NCBI GenBank assembly: GCA_051313645.2
Contig: JBNRSN020000118.1
Coordinates: 992,001 to 1,056,000, forward strand
Reading direction: 5' to 3'
DNA from: Centroscyllium fabricii
Lineage: Eukaryota
Length of the DNA stretch: 64,000 bases
How positions within the stretch are numbered: position 1 is the first letter of the stretch; the number at the start of each line of letters is the position of its first letter. Positions 1 through 15,420 of the stretch are shown one piece after another. Both the position numbers and the translations under genes were made by a program. The notes below the pieces were generated by a model. That model was not told the DNA's origin. It was given only the letters and a program-made list of their open reading frames with translations, and searched no databases.

Positions 1-1959
1 GTTGTATTGCACACTGTACGGATGTTCATCTTGTTGTGGTGCACACTGTACAGATGTTCATCTTGTTGAGGTGCACACTACACAGATGTTCATCATGTTG
101 TGGTGCACACTGTACAGATGTACATCTTGTTGTGGTGCACACTGTACAGATGTTCATCATGTTGTGGTGCACACTGTACAGATGTTCATCGTGTTGTGGT
201 GCACACTGTACAGATGTTCATCATGTTGTGGTGCACACTGTACAGATGTTCACCTTTTTGTGGTGTACACAGTACAGATGTTCATCATGTTGTGGTGCAC
301 ACTGTACAGATGTTCCTCATGTTGTGGTGCACACTGTACAGATGTTCATCATGTTGTGGTGCACACTGTACAGATGTTCATCTTGTTGTGGTGCACAATG
401 TACAGATGTTCATCATGTTGTGGAGCACACTGTACAGATGTTCATCATGTTGTGGTGCACAATGTACAGATGTACATCATGCTGTGGTGCACACTGTACA
501 GATGTTCATCGTGTTGTGTTGCACACTGTACAGATGTTCATCTTGATGTGGTGCACACGGTAGAGATTTTCATCATGTTGTGGTGCACACTTTACAGATG
601 TTAATCTTGTTGTGGTGCACAATGTACAGATGTTCATCATGTTGTAGTGCACACTGTACGGATGTTCATCTTGTTGTGGTGCACACTGTACAGATGTTCA
701 TCTTGTTGAGGTGCACACTACACAGATGTTCATCATGTTGTGGTGCACACTGTACAGATGTACATCTTGTTGTGGTGCACACTGTACAGATGTTCATCAT
801 GTTGTGGTGCACACTGTACAGATGTTCATCATGTTGTGGTGCACACTGTACAGATGTTCATCATGTTGTGGTGCACACTGTACAGATGTTCACCTTCTTG
901 TGGAGTACACAGTACAGATGTTCATCATGTTGTAGTGCACTCTGTGCAGATGTTCATCTTGTTGTGGTGCACACTGTACAGATGTTCATCTTGTTGAGGT
1001 GCACACTGTACAGATGTTCATCATGTTGTGGTGCACACTGTACAGATGTTCATCATGTTGCGGTGCACACTGTACAGATGTTCATCATGTTGTGGTGCAC
1101 ACTGTACAGATGTTCCTCATGGTGTGGTGCTCACTGTACAGATGTTCATCATGTTGTGGTGCACACTGTACAGATGTTCATCTTGTTGTGGTGCACGCTG
1201 TACAGATGTTCATCATGTTGTGGAGCACACTGTACAGATGTTCATCATGTTGTGGTGCACAATGTACAGATGTTCATCATGTTGTGGTGCACACTGTACA
1301 GATGTTAATCTTGTTGTGGTGCACACTGTACAGATGTTCATCGTGTTGTGTTGCACACTGTACAGATGTTCATATTGTTGTGTTGCACACGGTACAGATG
1401 TTCATCATGTTGTGGTGCACATTGTACAGATGTTCATCTTGTTGTGGTGCACATTGTACAGATGTTCACCATGTTGTGGTGCACACTGTACAGATGTTCA
1501 TCTTGTTGTTGTGCACAATGTACAGATGTTCATCATGTTGTAGTGCACACTGTGCAGATGTTCATCTTGTTGTGGTGCACACTGTACAGATGTTCATCTT
1601 GTTGTGGAGCACATTGTACAGATGTTCATCAGGTTGTGGTGCATAATGTACAGATGTAAATATTGTTGTGGTGCACAATGTACAGATGTTCATCATGTTG
1701 TGGTGCACACTTTACAGATGTTCATCATGCTGTTGTACACACTGTACAGATGCTCATCTTGTTGTGGTGCAAACTGTACAGATGTTCATCATGTTGTGGT
1801 ACACACTGTACATATGTTCATCATGTTGTGGTGCACACTGTACAGATGTTCATCATGTTGTGGTGCACACTGTACAGATGTTCACATTTTTGATGCACAC
1901 TGTACAGATGCTCATCTTGTTGTGGTGCAAAATGTACAGATGTTCTTCATGTTGTGGTA

Positions 1960-4900
1960 CACACTGTACAGATGTTCATCTTGTTGAGGTGCACACTGTA
2001 CAGATGTTCATCATGTTGTGGTGCACACTGTACAGATGTTCATCATGTTGTGGTGCAGACTGTACAGATGTTCATCATGTTGTGGTGCACACTGTACAGA
2101 TGTTCCTCATGGTGTGGTGCACACTGTACAGATGTTCATCATGTTGTGGTGCACAATGTACAGATGTTCATCTTGTTGTGGTGCACGCTGTACAGATGTT
2201 CATCATGTTGTGGAGCACACTGTACAGATGTTCATCATGTTGTGGTGCACAATGTACAGATGTTCATCATGTTGTGGTGCACACTGTACAGAGGTTAATC
2301 TTGTTGTGGTGCACACTGTACAGATGTTCATCGTGTTGTGTTGCACACTGTACAGATGTTCATATTGTTGTGTTGCACACGGTACAGATGTTCATCATGT
2401 TGTGGTGCACATTGTACAGATGTTCATCTTGTTGTGGTGCACATTGTACAGATGTTCACCATGTTGTGGTGCACACTGTACAGATGTTCATCTTGTTGTT
2501 GTGCACACTGTACAGATGTTCATCATGTTGTAGTGCACACTGTGCAGATGTTCATCTTGTTGTGGTGCATAATGTACAGATGTAAATATTGTTGTGGTGC
2601 ACACTGTACAGATGTTCATCATGTTGTGGTGCACACTTTACAGATGTTCATCATGCTGTTGTACACACTGTACAGATGCTCATCTTGTTGTGGTGCAAAC
2701 TGTACAGATGTTCATCATGTTGTGGTACACACTGTACAGATGTTCATCATGTTGTGGTGCACACTGTACAGATGTTCATCTTGTTGTGGTGCACACTGTA
2801 CAGATGTTCATCATGTTGTGGTGCACACTGTACAGATGCTCATCATGTTGTGGTGCACACTGTACAGATGTTCACATTTTTGGTGCACACTGTACAGATG
2901 CTCATCTTGTTGTGGTGCAAAATGTACAGATGTTCATCATGTTGTGGTACACACTGTACAGATGTTCATCATGTTGTGGTGCACACTTTACAGATGTTAA
3001 TCTTGTTGTGGTGCACAATGTACAGATGTTCATCATGTTGTATTGCACACTGTACGGATGTTCATCTTGTTGTGGTGCACACTTTACAGATGTTCATCTT
3101 GTTGAGGTGCACACTACACAGATGTTCATCATGTTGTGGTGCACACTGTACAGATGTACATCTTGTTGTGGTGCACACTGTACAGATGTTCATCATGTTG
3201 TGGTGCACACTGTACAGATGTTCATCGTGTTGTGGTGCACACTGTACAGATGTTCATCATGTTGTGGTGCACACTGTACAGATGTTCACCTTCTTGTGGT
3301 GTACACAGTACAGATGTTCATCATGTTGTGGTGCACACTGTACAGATGTTCCTCATGTTGTGGTGCACACTGTACAGATGTTCATCATGTTGTGGTGCAC
3401 ACTGTACAGATGTTCATCTTGTTGTGGTGCACAATGTACAGATGTTCATCATGTTGTGGAGCACACTGTACGGATGTTCATCATGTTGTGGTGCACAATG
3501 TACAGATGTTCATCATGTTGTGGTGCACACTGTACAGATGTTCATCGTGTTGTGTTGCACACTGTACAGATGTTCATCTTGTTGTGGTGCACACGGTAGA
3601 GATGTTCATCATGTTGTGGTGCACATTGAACAGATGTTCATCTTGTTGTGGTGCACATGGTACAGATGTTCATCATGTTGTGGTGCACACTGTACAGATG
3701 TTCATCTTGTTGTGGTGCACACTGTACAGATGTTCATCATCTTGTAGTGCACACTGTGCAGATGTTCATCTTGTTGTGGTGCACACTGTACCGATGTACA
3801 TCTTGTTGTGGAGCCCATTGTACAGATGTTCATAATGTTGTGGTGCATACTGTACAGATGTACATCTTGTTGTGGTGCACACTGTACAGATGTTCATCAT
3901 GTTGTGGTGCACACTTTACAGATGTTCATCATGCTGTTGTGCACACTGTACAGATGCTCATCTTGTTGTGGTGCAAAATGTACAGATGTTCATCATGTTG
4001 TGGTACACAATGTACAGATGCTCATCATGTTGTGGTGCACACTGTACAGATGTTCATCTTGTTGTGGTGCACACTGTACAGATGTTTATCATGTTGTGGT
4101 TCAAACTGTACAGATGTTCATCATGTTGTGGTACACACTGTACAGATGTTCATCATGTTGTGGTGCACACTTTACAGATGTTAATCTTGTTGTGGTGCAC
4201 AATGTACAGATGTTCATCATGTTGTAGTGCACACTGTACGGATGTTCATCTTGTTGTGGTGCACACTGTACAGATGTTCATCTTGTTGAGGTGCACACTA
4301 CACAGATGTTCATCATGTTGTGGTGCACACTGTACAGATGTACATCTTGTTGTGGTGCACACTGTACAGATGTTCATCATGTTGTGGTGCACACTGTACA
4401 GATGTTCATCGTGTTGTGGTGCACACTGTACAGATGTTCATCATGTTGTGGTGCACACTGTACAGATGTTCACCTTCTTGTAGTGTACACAGTAGAGATG
4501 TTCATTATGTTGTGGTGCACACTGTACAGATGTTCCTCATGTTGTGGTGCACACTGTACAGATGTTCCTCATGTTGTGGTGCACACTCTACAGATGTTCA
4601 TCATGTTGTGGTGCACACTGTTCAGATGTTCATCATGTTGCGGTGCACACTGTACAGATGTTCATCATGTTGTGGTGCACACTGTACAGATGTTCCTCAT
4701 GGTGTGGTGCTCACTGTACAGATGTTCATCATGTTGTGGTGCACACTGTACAGATGTTCATCTTGTTGTGGTGCACGCTGTACAGATGTTCATCATGTTG
4801 TGGAGCACACTGTACAGATGTTCATCATGTTGTGGTGCACAATGTACAGATGTTCATCATGTTGTGGTGCACACTGTACAGATGTTAATCTTGTTGTGGT

Positions 4901-7900
4901 GCACACTGTACAGATGTTCATCGTGTTGTGTTGCACACTGTACAGATGTTCATATTGTTGTGTTGCACACGGTACAGATGTTCATCATGTTGTGGTGCAC
5001 ATTGTACAGATGTTCATCTTGTTGTGGTGCACATTGTACAGATGTTCACCATGTTGTGGTGCACACTGTACAGATGTTCATCTTGTTGTTGTGCACAATG
5101 TACAGATGTTCATCATGTTGTAGTGCACACTGTGCAGATGTTCATCTTGTTGTGGTGCACACTGTACAGATGTTCATCTTGTTGTGGAGCACATTGTACA
5201 GATGTTCATCAGGTTGTGGTGCATAATGTACAGATGTAAATATTGTTGTGGTGCACAATGTACAGATGTTCATCATGTTGTGGTGCACACTTTACAGATG
5301 TTCATCATGCTGTTGTACACACTGTACAGATGCTCATCTTGTTGTGGTGCAAACTGTACAGATGTTCATCATGTTGTGGTACACACTGTACATATGTTCA
5401 TCATGTTGTGGTGCACACTGTACAGATGTTCATCATGTTGTGGTGCACACTGTACAGATGTTCACATTTTTGATGCACACTGTACAGATGCTCATCTTGT
5501 TGTGGTGCAAAATGTACAGATGTTCATCATGTTGTGGTACACACTGTACAGATGTTCATCATGTTGTGGTGCACACTTTACAGATGTTAATCTTGTTGTG
5601 GTGCACAATGTACAGATGTTCATCATGTTGTATTGCACACTGTACGGATGTTCAACTTGTTGTGGTGCACACTGTACAGATGTTCATCTTGTTGAGGTGC
5701 ACACTACACAGATGTTCATCATGTTGTGGTGCACACTGTACAGATGTACATCTTGTTGTGGTGCACACTGTACAGATGTTCATCATGTTGTGGTGCACAC
5801 TGTACAGATGTTCATCGTGTTGTGGTGCACACTGTACAGATCTTCATCATGCTGTGGTGCACACTGTACAGATGTTCACCTTTTTGTGGTGTACACAGTA
5901 CAGATGTTCATCATGTTGTGGTGCACACTGTACAGATGTTCCTCATGTTGTGGTGCACACTGTACAGATGTTCATCATGTTGTGGTGCACACTGTACAGA
6001 TGTTCATCTTGTTGTGGTGCACAATGTACAGATGTTCATCATGTTGTGGAGCACACTGTACAGATGTTCATCATGTTGTGGTGCACAATGTACAGATGTA
6101 CATCATGCTGTGGTGCACACTGTACAGATGTTCATCGTGTTGTGTTGCACACTGTACAGATGTTCATCTTGTTGTGGTGCACACGGTAGAGATGTTCATC
6201 ATGTTGTGGTGCACACTTTACAGATGTTAATCTTGTTGTGGTGCACAATGTACAGATGTTCATCATGTTGTAGTGCACACTGTACGGATGTTCATCTTGT
6301 TGTGGTGCACACTGTACAGATGTTCATCTTGTTGAGGTGCACACTACACAGATGTTCATCATGTTGTGGTGCACACTGTACAGATGTACATCTTGTTGTG
6401 GTGCACACTGTACAGATGTTCATCATGTTGTGGTGCACACTGTACAGATGTTCATCATGTTGTGGTGCACACTGTACAGATGTTCATCATGTTGTGGTGC
6501 ACACTGTACAGATGTTCACCTTCTTGTGGTGTACACAGTACAGATGTTCATCATGTTGTAGTGCACACTGTGCAGATGTTCATCTTGTTGTGGTGCACAC
6601 TGTACAGATGTTCATCTTGTTGAGGTGCACACTGTACAGATGTTCATCATGTTGTGGTGCACACTGTACAGATGTTCATCATGTTGTGGTGCAGACTGTA
6701 CAGATGTTCATCATGTTGTGGTGCACACTGTACAGATGTTCCTCATGGTGTGGTGCACACTGTACAGATGTTCATCATGTTGTGGTGCACAATGTACAGA
6801 TGTTCATCTTGTTGTGGTGCACGCTGTACAGATGTTCATCATGTTGTGGAGCACACTGTACAGATGTTCATCATGTTGTGGTGCACAATGTACAGATGTT
6901 CATCATGTTGTGGTGCACACTGTACAGAGGTTAATCTTGTTGTGGTGCACACTGTACAGATGTTCATCGTGTTGTGTTGCACACTGTACAGATGTTCATA
7001 TTGTTGTGTTGCACACGGTACAGATGTTCATCATGTTGTGGTGCACATTGTACAGATGTTCATCTTTTTGTGGTGCACATTGTACAGATGTTCACCATGT
7101 TGTGGTGCACACTGTACAGATGTTCATCTTGTTGTTGTGCACACTGTACAGATGTTCATCATGTTGTAGTGCACACTGTGCAGATGTTCATCTTGTTGTG
7201 GTGCACACTGTACAGATGTTCATATTGTTGTGGAGCACATTGTACAGATGTTCATCAGGTTGTGGTGCATAATGTACAGATGTAAATATTGTTGTGGTGC
7301 ACACTGTACAGATGTTCATCATGTTGTGGTGCACACTTTACAGATGTTCATCATGCTGTTGTACACACTGTACAGATGCTCATCTTGTTGTGGTGCAAAC
7401 TGTACAGATGTTCATCATGTTGTGGTACACACTGTACAGATGTTCATCATGTTGTGGTGCACACTGTACAGATGTTCATCTTGTTGTGGTGCACACTGTA
7501 CAGATGTTCATCATGTTGTGGTGCACACTGTACAGATGCTCATCATGTTGTGGTGCACACTGTACAGATGTTCACATTTTTGGTGCACACTGTACAGATG
7601 CTCATCTTGTTGTGGTGCAAAATGTACAGATGTTCATCATGTTGTGGTACACACTGTACAGATGTTCATCATGTTGTGGTGCACACTTTACAGATGTTAA
7701 TCTTGTTGTGGTGCACAATGTACAGATGTTCATCATGTTGTATTGCACACTGTACGGATGTTCATCTTGTTGTGGTGCACACTTTACAGATGTTCATCTT
7801 GTTGAGGTGCACACTACACAGATGTTCATCATGTTGTGGTGCACACTGTACAGATGTACATCTTGTTGTGGTGCACACTGTACAGATGTTCATCATGTTG

Positions 7901-9334
7901 TGGTGCACACTGTACAGATGTTCATCGTGTTGTGGTGCACACTGTACAGATGTTCATCATGTTGTGGTGCAAACTGTACAGATGTTCACCTTCTTGTGGT
8001 GTACACAGTACAGATGTTCATCATGTTGTGGTGCACACTGTACAGATGTTCCTCATGTTGTGGTGCACACTGTACAGATGTTCATCATGTTGTGGTGCAC
8101 ACTGTACAGATGTTCATCTTGTTGTGGTGCACAATGTACAGATGTTCATCATGTTGTGGAGCACACTGTACGGATGTTCATCATGTTGTGGTGCACAATG
8201 TACAGATGTTCATCATGTTGTGGTGCACACTGTACAGATGTTCATCGTGTTGTGTTGCACACTGTACAGATGTTCATCTTGTTGTGGTGCACACGGTAGA
8301 GATGTTCATCATGTTGTGGTGCACATTGAACAGATGTTCATCTTGTTGTGGTGCACATGGTACAGATGTTCATCATGTTGTGGTGCACACTGTACAGATG
8401 TTCATCTTGTTGTGGTGCACACTGTACAGATGTTCATCATCTTGTAGTGCACACTGTGCAGATGTTCATCTTGTTGTGGTGCACACTGTACCGATGTACA
8501 TCTTGTTGTGGAGCCCATTGTACAGATGTTCATAATGTTGTGGTGCATACTGTACAGATGTACATCTTGTTGTGGTGCACACTGTACAGATGTTCATCAT
8601 GTTGTGGTGCACACTTTACAGATGTTCATCATGCTGTTGTGCACACTGTACAGATGCTCATCTTGTTGTGGTGCAAAATGTACAGATGTTCATCATGTTG
8701 TGGTACACAATGTACAGATGCTCATCATGTTGTGGTGCACACTGTACAGATGTTCATCTTGTTGTGGTGCACACTGTACAGATGTTTATCATGTTGTGGT
8801 TCAAACTGTACAGATGTTCATCATGTTGTGGTACACACTGTACAGATGTTCATCATGTTGTGGTGCACACTTTACAGATGTTAATCTTGTTGTGGTGCAC
8901 AATGTACAGATGTTCATCATGTTGTAGTGCACACTGTACGGATGTTCATCTTGTTGTGGTGCACACTGTACAGATGTTCATCTTGTTGAGGTGCACACTA
9001 CACAGATGTTCATCATGTTGTGGTGCACACTGTACAGATGTACATCTTGTTGTGGTGCACACTGTACAGATGTTCATCATGTTGTGGTGCACACTGTACA
9101 GATGTTCATCGTGTTGTGGTGCACACTGTACAGATGTTCATCATGTTGTGGTGCACACTGTACAGATGTTCACCTTCTTGTAGGGTACACAGTAGAGATG
9201 TTCATTATGTTGTGGTGCACACTGTACAGATGTTCCTCATGTTGTGGTGCACACTGTACAGATGTTCCTCATGTTGTGGTGCACACTCTACAGATGTTCA
9301 TCATGTTGTGGTGCACACTGTTCAGATGTTCATC
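1960..9334. repeat. Direct block duplication: ~1960-4634 repeated at ~6596-9334 (offset 4636, then 4700 bp = 147 monomers)
   Basis: Shared rare markers: tgcataatgtacagatgtaaatatt (2566/7266), gagcccattg (3811/8511), ttcaaactg (4100/8800). ORF pairs 2594/7294, 3136/7836, 3808/8508 are offset by 4700, and 2018/6654 by 4636. Confidence 0.9.
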
Positions 9335-12300
9335 TTGTTGTGGTGCACAATGTACAGATGTTCATCATGTTGTGGAGCACACTGTACAGATGTTCATCAT
9401 GTTGTGGTGCACAATGTACAGATGTTCATCATGTTGTGGTGCACACTGTACAGATGTTCATCGTGTTGTGCTGCACACTGTACAGATGTTCATCTTGTTG
9501 TGGTGCACACGGTAGAGATGTTCATCATGTTGTGGTGCACACTTTACAGATGTTAATCTTGTTGTGGTGCACAATGTACAGATGTTCATCATGTTGTAGT
9601 GCACACTGTACGAATGCTCATCTTGTTGTGGTGCACACTGTACAGATGTTCATCTTGTTGAGGTGCACACTACACAGATGTTCATCATGTTGTGGTGCAC
9701 ACTGTACAGATGTACATCTTGTTGTGGTGCACACTGTACAGATGTTCATCATGTTGTGGTGCACACTGTACAGATGTTCATCGTGTTGTGGTGCACACTG
9801 TACAGATGTTCATCATGTTGTGGTGCACACTGTACAGATGTTCACCTTCTTGTGGTGTACACAGTACAGATGTTCATCATGTTGTGGTGCACACTGTACA
9901 GATGTTCCTCATGTTGTGGTGCACACTGTACAGATGTTCATCATGTTGTGGTGCACACTGTACAGATGTTCATCTTGTTGTGGTGCACAATGTACAGATG
10001 TTCATCATGTTGTGGAGCACACTGTACGGATGTTCATCATGTTGTGGTGCACAATGTACAGATGTTCATCATGTTGTGGTGCACACTGTACAGATGTTCA
10101 TCGTGTTGTGTTGCACACTGTACAGATGTTCATCTTGTTGTGGTGCACACGGTAGAGATGTTCATCATGTTGTGGTGCACATTGAACAGATGTTCATCTT
10201 GTTGTGGTGCACATGGTACAGATGTTCACCATGTTGTGGTGCACACTGTACAGATGTTCATCTTGTTGTGGTGCACACTGTACAGATGTTCATCATCTTG
10301 TAGTGCACACTGTGCAGATGTTCATCTTGTTGTGGTGCACACTGTACCGATGTACATCTTGTTGTGGAGCCCATTGTACAGATGTTCATAATGTTGTGGT
10401 GCATACTGTACAGATGTACATCTTGTTGTGGTGCACACTGTACAGATGTTCATCATGTTGTGGTGCACACTTTACAGATGTTCATCATGCTGTTGTGCAC
10501 ACTGTACAGATGCTCATCTTGTTGTGGTGCAAAATGTACAGATGTTCATCATGATGTGGTACACAATGTACAGATGCTCATCATGTTGTGGTGCACACTG
10601 TACAGATGTTCATCTTGTTGTGGTGCACACTGTACAGATGTTTATCATGTTGTGGTTCAAACTGTACAGATGTCCATCATGTTGTGGTACACACTGTACA
10701 GATGTTCATCATGTTGTGGTGCACACTTTACAGATGTTAATCTTGTTGTGGTGCACAATGTACAGATGTTCATCATGTTGTAGTGCACACTGTACGGATG
10801 TTCATCTTGTTGTGGTGCACACTGTACAGATGTTCATCTTGTTGAGGTGCACACTACACAGATGTTCATCATGTTGTGGTGCACACTGTACAGATGTACA
10901 TCTTGTTGTGGTGCACACTGTACAGATGTTCATCATGTTGTGGTGCACACTGTACAGATGTTCATCGTGTTGTGGTGCACACGGTACAGATGTTCATCAT
11001 GTTGTGGTGCACATTGTACAGATGTTCATCTTGTTGTGGTGCACATTGTACAGATGTTCACCATGTTGTGGTGCACACTGTACAGATGTTCATCTTGTTG
11101 TTGTGCACACTGTACAGATGTTCATCATGTTGTAGTGCACACTGTGCAGATGTTCATCTTGTTGTGGTGCACACTGTACAGATGTTCATATTGTTGTGGA
11201 GCACATTGTACAGATGTTCATCAGGTTGTGGTGCATAATGTACAGATGTAAATATTGTTGTGGTGCACACTGTACAGATGTTCATCATGTTGTGGTGCAC
11301 ACTTTACAGATGTTCATCATGCTGTTGTACACACTGTACAGATGCTCATCTTGTTGTGGTGCAAACTGTACAGATGTTCATCATGTTGTGGTACACACTG
11401 TACAGATGTTCATCATGTTGTGGTGCACACTGTACAGATGTTCATCTTGTTGTGGTGCACACTGTACAGATGTTCATCATGTTGTGGTGCACACTGTACA
11501 GATGTTCATCATGTTGTGTTGCACACTGTACAGATGTTCACATTTTTGGTGCACACTGTACAGATGCTCATCTTGTTGTGGTGCAAAATGTACAGATGTT
11601 CATCATGTTGTGGTACACACTGTACAGATGTTCATCGTGTTGTGGTGCACACTGTACAGATGTTCATCATGTTGTGGTGCACACTGTACAGATGTTCACC
11701 TTCTTGAGGTGTACACAGTACAGATGTTCATCATGTTGTGGTGCACACTGTACAGATGTTCCTCATGTTGTGGTGCACACTGTACAGATGTTCATCATGT
11801 TGTGGTGCACACTGTACAGATGTTCATCTTGTTGTGGTGCACAATGTACAGATGTTCATCATGTTGTGGAGCACACTGTACGGATGTTCATCATGTTGTG
11901 GTGCACAATGTACAGATGTTCATCATGTTGTGGTGCACACTGTACAGATGTTCATCGTGTTGTGTTGCACACTGTACAGATGTTCACCTTGTTGTGGTGC
12001 ACACGGTAGAGATGTTCATCATGTTGTGGTGCACATTGAACAGATGTTCATCTTGTTGTGGTGCACATGGTACAGATGTTCACCATGTTGTGGTGCACAC
12101 TGTACAGATGTTCATCTTGTTGTGGTGCACACTGTACAGATGTTCATCATCTTGTAGTGCACACTGTGCAGATGTTCATCTTGTTGTGGTGCACACTGTA
12201 CCGATGTACATCTTGTTGTGGAGCCCATTGTACAGATGTTCATAATGTTGTGGTGCATACTGTACAGATGTACATCTTGTTGTGGTGCACACTGTACAGA

Positions 12301-15300
12301 TGTTCATCATGTTGTGGTGCACACTTTACAGATGTTCATCATGCTGTTGTGCACACTGTACAGATGCTCATCTTGTTGTGGTGCAAAATGTACAGATGTT
12401 CATCATGTTGTGGTACACAATGTACAGATGCTCATCATGTTGTGGTGCACACTGTACAGATGTTCATCTTGTTGTGGTGCACACTGTACAGATGTTTATC
12501 ATGTTGTGGTTCAAACTGTACAGATGTTCATCATGTTGTGGTACACACTGTACAGATGTTCATCATGTTGTGGTGCACACTTTACAGATGTTAATCTTGT
12601 TGTGGTGCACAATGTACAGATGTTCATCATGTTGTAGTGCACACTGTACGGATGTTCATCTTGTTGTGGTGCACACTGTACAGATGTTCATCTTGTTGAG
12701 GTGCACACTACACAGATGTTCATCATGTTGTGGTGCACACTGTACAGATGTACATCTTGTTGTGGTGCACACTGTACAGATGTTCATCATGTTGTGGTGC
12801 ACACTGTACAGATGTTCATCGTGTTGTGGTGCACACTGTACAGATGTTCATCATGTTGTGGTGCACACTGTACAGATGTTCACCTTCTTGTAGTGTACAC
12901 AGTAGAGATGTTCATTATGTTGTTGTGCACACTGTACAGATGTTCCTCATGTTGTGGTGCACACTGTACAGATGTTCCTCATGTTGTGGTGCACACTGTA
13001 CAGATGTTCATCATGTTGTGGTGCACACTGTTCAGATGTTCATCTTGTTGTGGTGCACAATGTACAGATGTTCATCATGTTGTGGAGCACACTGTACAGA
13101 TGTTCATCATGTTGTGTTGCACAATGTACAGATGTTCATCATGTTGTGGTGCACACTGTACAGATGTTCATCGTGTTGTGCTGCACACTGTACAGATGTT
13201 CATCTTGTTGTGGTGCACACGGTAGAGATGTTCATCATGTTGTGGTGCACACTTTACAGATGTTAATCTTGTTGTGGTGCACAATGTACAGATGTTCATC
13301 ATGTTGTAGTGCGCACTGTACGGATGCTCATCTTGTTGTGGTGCACACTGTACAGATGTTCATCTTGTTGAGGTGCACACTACACAGATGTTCATCATGT
13401 TGTGGTGCACATTGTACAGATGTACATCTTGTTGTGGTGCACACTGTACAGATGTTCATCATGTTGTGGTGCACACTGTACAGATGTTCATCGTGTTGTG
13501 GTGCACACTGTACAGATGTTCATCATGTTGTGGTGCACACTGTACAGATGTTCACCTTCTTGTGGTGTACACAGTACAGATGTTCATCATGTTGTGGTGC
13601 ACACTGTACAGATGTTCCTCATGTTGTGGTGCACACTGTACAGATGTTCATCATGTTGTGGTGCACACTGTACAGATGTTCATCTTGTTGTGGTGCACAA
13701 TGTGCAGATGTTCATCATGTTGTGGAGCACACTGTACGGATGTTCATCATGTTGTGGTGCACAATGTACAGATGTTCATCATGTTGTGGTGCACACTGTA
13801 CAGATGTTCATCGTGTTGTGTTGCACAATGTACAGATGTTCATCTTGTTGTGGTGCACACGGTAGAGATGTTCATCATGTTGTGGTGCACATTGAACAGA
13901 TGTTCATCTTGTTGTGGTGCACATGGTACAGATGTTCACCATGTTGTGGTGCACACTGTACAGATGTTCATCTTGTTGTGGTGCACACTGTACAGATGTT
14001 CATCATCTTGTAGTGCACACTGTGCAGATGTTCATCTTGTTGTGGTGCACACTGTACCGATGTACATCTTGTTGTGGAGCCCATTGTACAGATGTTCATA
14101 ATGTTGTGGTGCATACTGTACAGATGTACATCTTGTTGTGGTGCACACTGTACAGATGTTCATCATGTTGTGGTGCACACTTTACAGATGTTCATCATGC
14201 TGTTGTGCACACTGTACAGATGCTCATCTTGTTGTGGTGCAAAATGTACAGATGTTCATCATGTTGTGGTACACAATGTACAGATGCTCATCATGTTGTG
14301 GTGCACACTGTACAGATGTTCATCTTGTTGTGGTGCACACTGTACAGATGTTTATCATGTTGTGGTTCAAACTGTACAGATGTTCATCATGTTGTGGTAC
14401 ACACTGTACAGATGTTCATCATGTTGTGGTGCACACTTTACAGATGTTAATCTTGTTTTGCTGCACAATGTACAGATGTTCCTCATGTTGTAGTGCACAC
14501 TGTACGGATGTTCATCTTGTTGTGGTGCACACTGTACAGATGTTCATCTTGTTGAGGTGCACACTACACAGATGTTCATCATGTTGTGGTGCACACTGTA
14601 CAGATGTACATCTTGTTGTGGTGCACACTGTACAGATGTTCATCATGTTGTGGTGCACACTGTACAGATGTTCATCGTGTTGTGGTGCACACTGTACAGA
14701 TGTTCATCATGTTGTGGTGCACACTGTACAGATGTTCACCTTCTTGTGGTGTACACAGTAGAGATGTTCATTATGTTGTGGTGCACACTGTACAGATGTT
14801 CCTCATGTTGTGGTGCACACTGTACAGATGTTCCTCATGTTGTGGTGCACACTGTACAGATGTTCATCATGTTGTGGTGCACACTGTTCAGATGTTCATC
14901 TTGTTGTGGTGCACAATGTACAGATGTTCATCATGTTGTGGAGCACACTGTACAGATGTTCATCATGTTGTGGTGCACAATGTACAGATGTTCATCATGT
15001 TGTGGTGCACACTGTACAGATGTTCATCGTGTTGTGCTGCACGCTGTACAGATGTTCATCTTGTTGTGGTGCACACGGTAGAGATGTTCATCATGTTGTG
15101 GTGCACACTTTACAGATGTTAATCTTGTTGTGGTGCACAATGTACAGATGTTCATCATGTTGTAGTGCACACTGTACGGATGCTCATCTTGTTGTGGTGC
15201 ACACTGTACAGATGTTCATCTTGTTGAGGTGCACACTACACAGATGTTCATCATGTTGTGGTGCACACTGTAAAGATGTACATCTTGTTGTGGTGCACAC

Positions 15301-15420
15301 TGTACAGATGTTCATCATGTTGTGGTGCACACTGTATAGATGTTCATCATGTTGTGGTGCACACTGTACAGATGTTCATCATGTTGTGGTTCACACTGTA
15401 CAGATGTTCACCTTCTTGTG
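8508..15420. repeat. Higher-order repeat of 58 monomers (1856 bp = 21-mer + 37-mer), about 3.7 copies
   Basis: The marker gagcccattg (ORF MEPIVQ) starts at 8508, 10364, 12218 and 14074 (spacings 1856, 1854, 1856). The gttgaggtgcacactacac marker shows an internal 672-bp spacing (8991/9663, 12701/13373). Confidence 0.9.

Noticed and set aside
15-25. Resemblance of variants TGTACGGATGT and CTTCTTGTGGTGTAC to long budding-yeast telomere repeats (Candida/Kluyveromyces GGTGTACGGAT core)
   Set aside because: The match is only in minority variants. A 64-kb array with heritable HORs and kb-scale duplications does not fit telomerase-templated synthesis. A subtelomeric location cannot be judged from this window.
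111-160. TGTACA-ga-TGTTCA resembles a glucocorticoid/androgen response element (TGTACA-nnn-TGTTCT)
   Set aside because: The spacer is 2 bp rather than the required 3 and the second half-site is imperfect.
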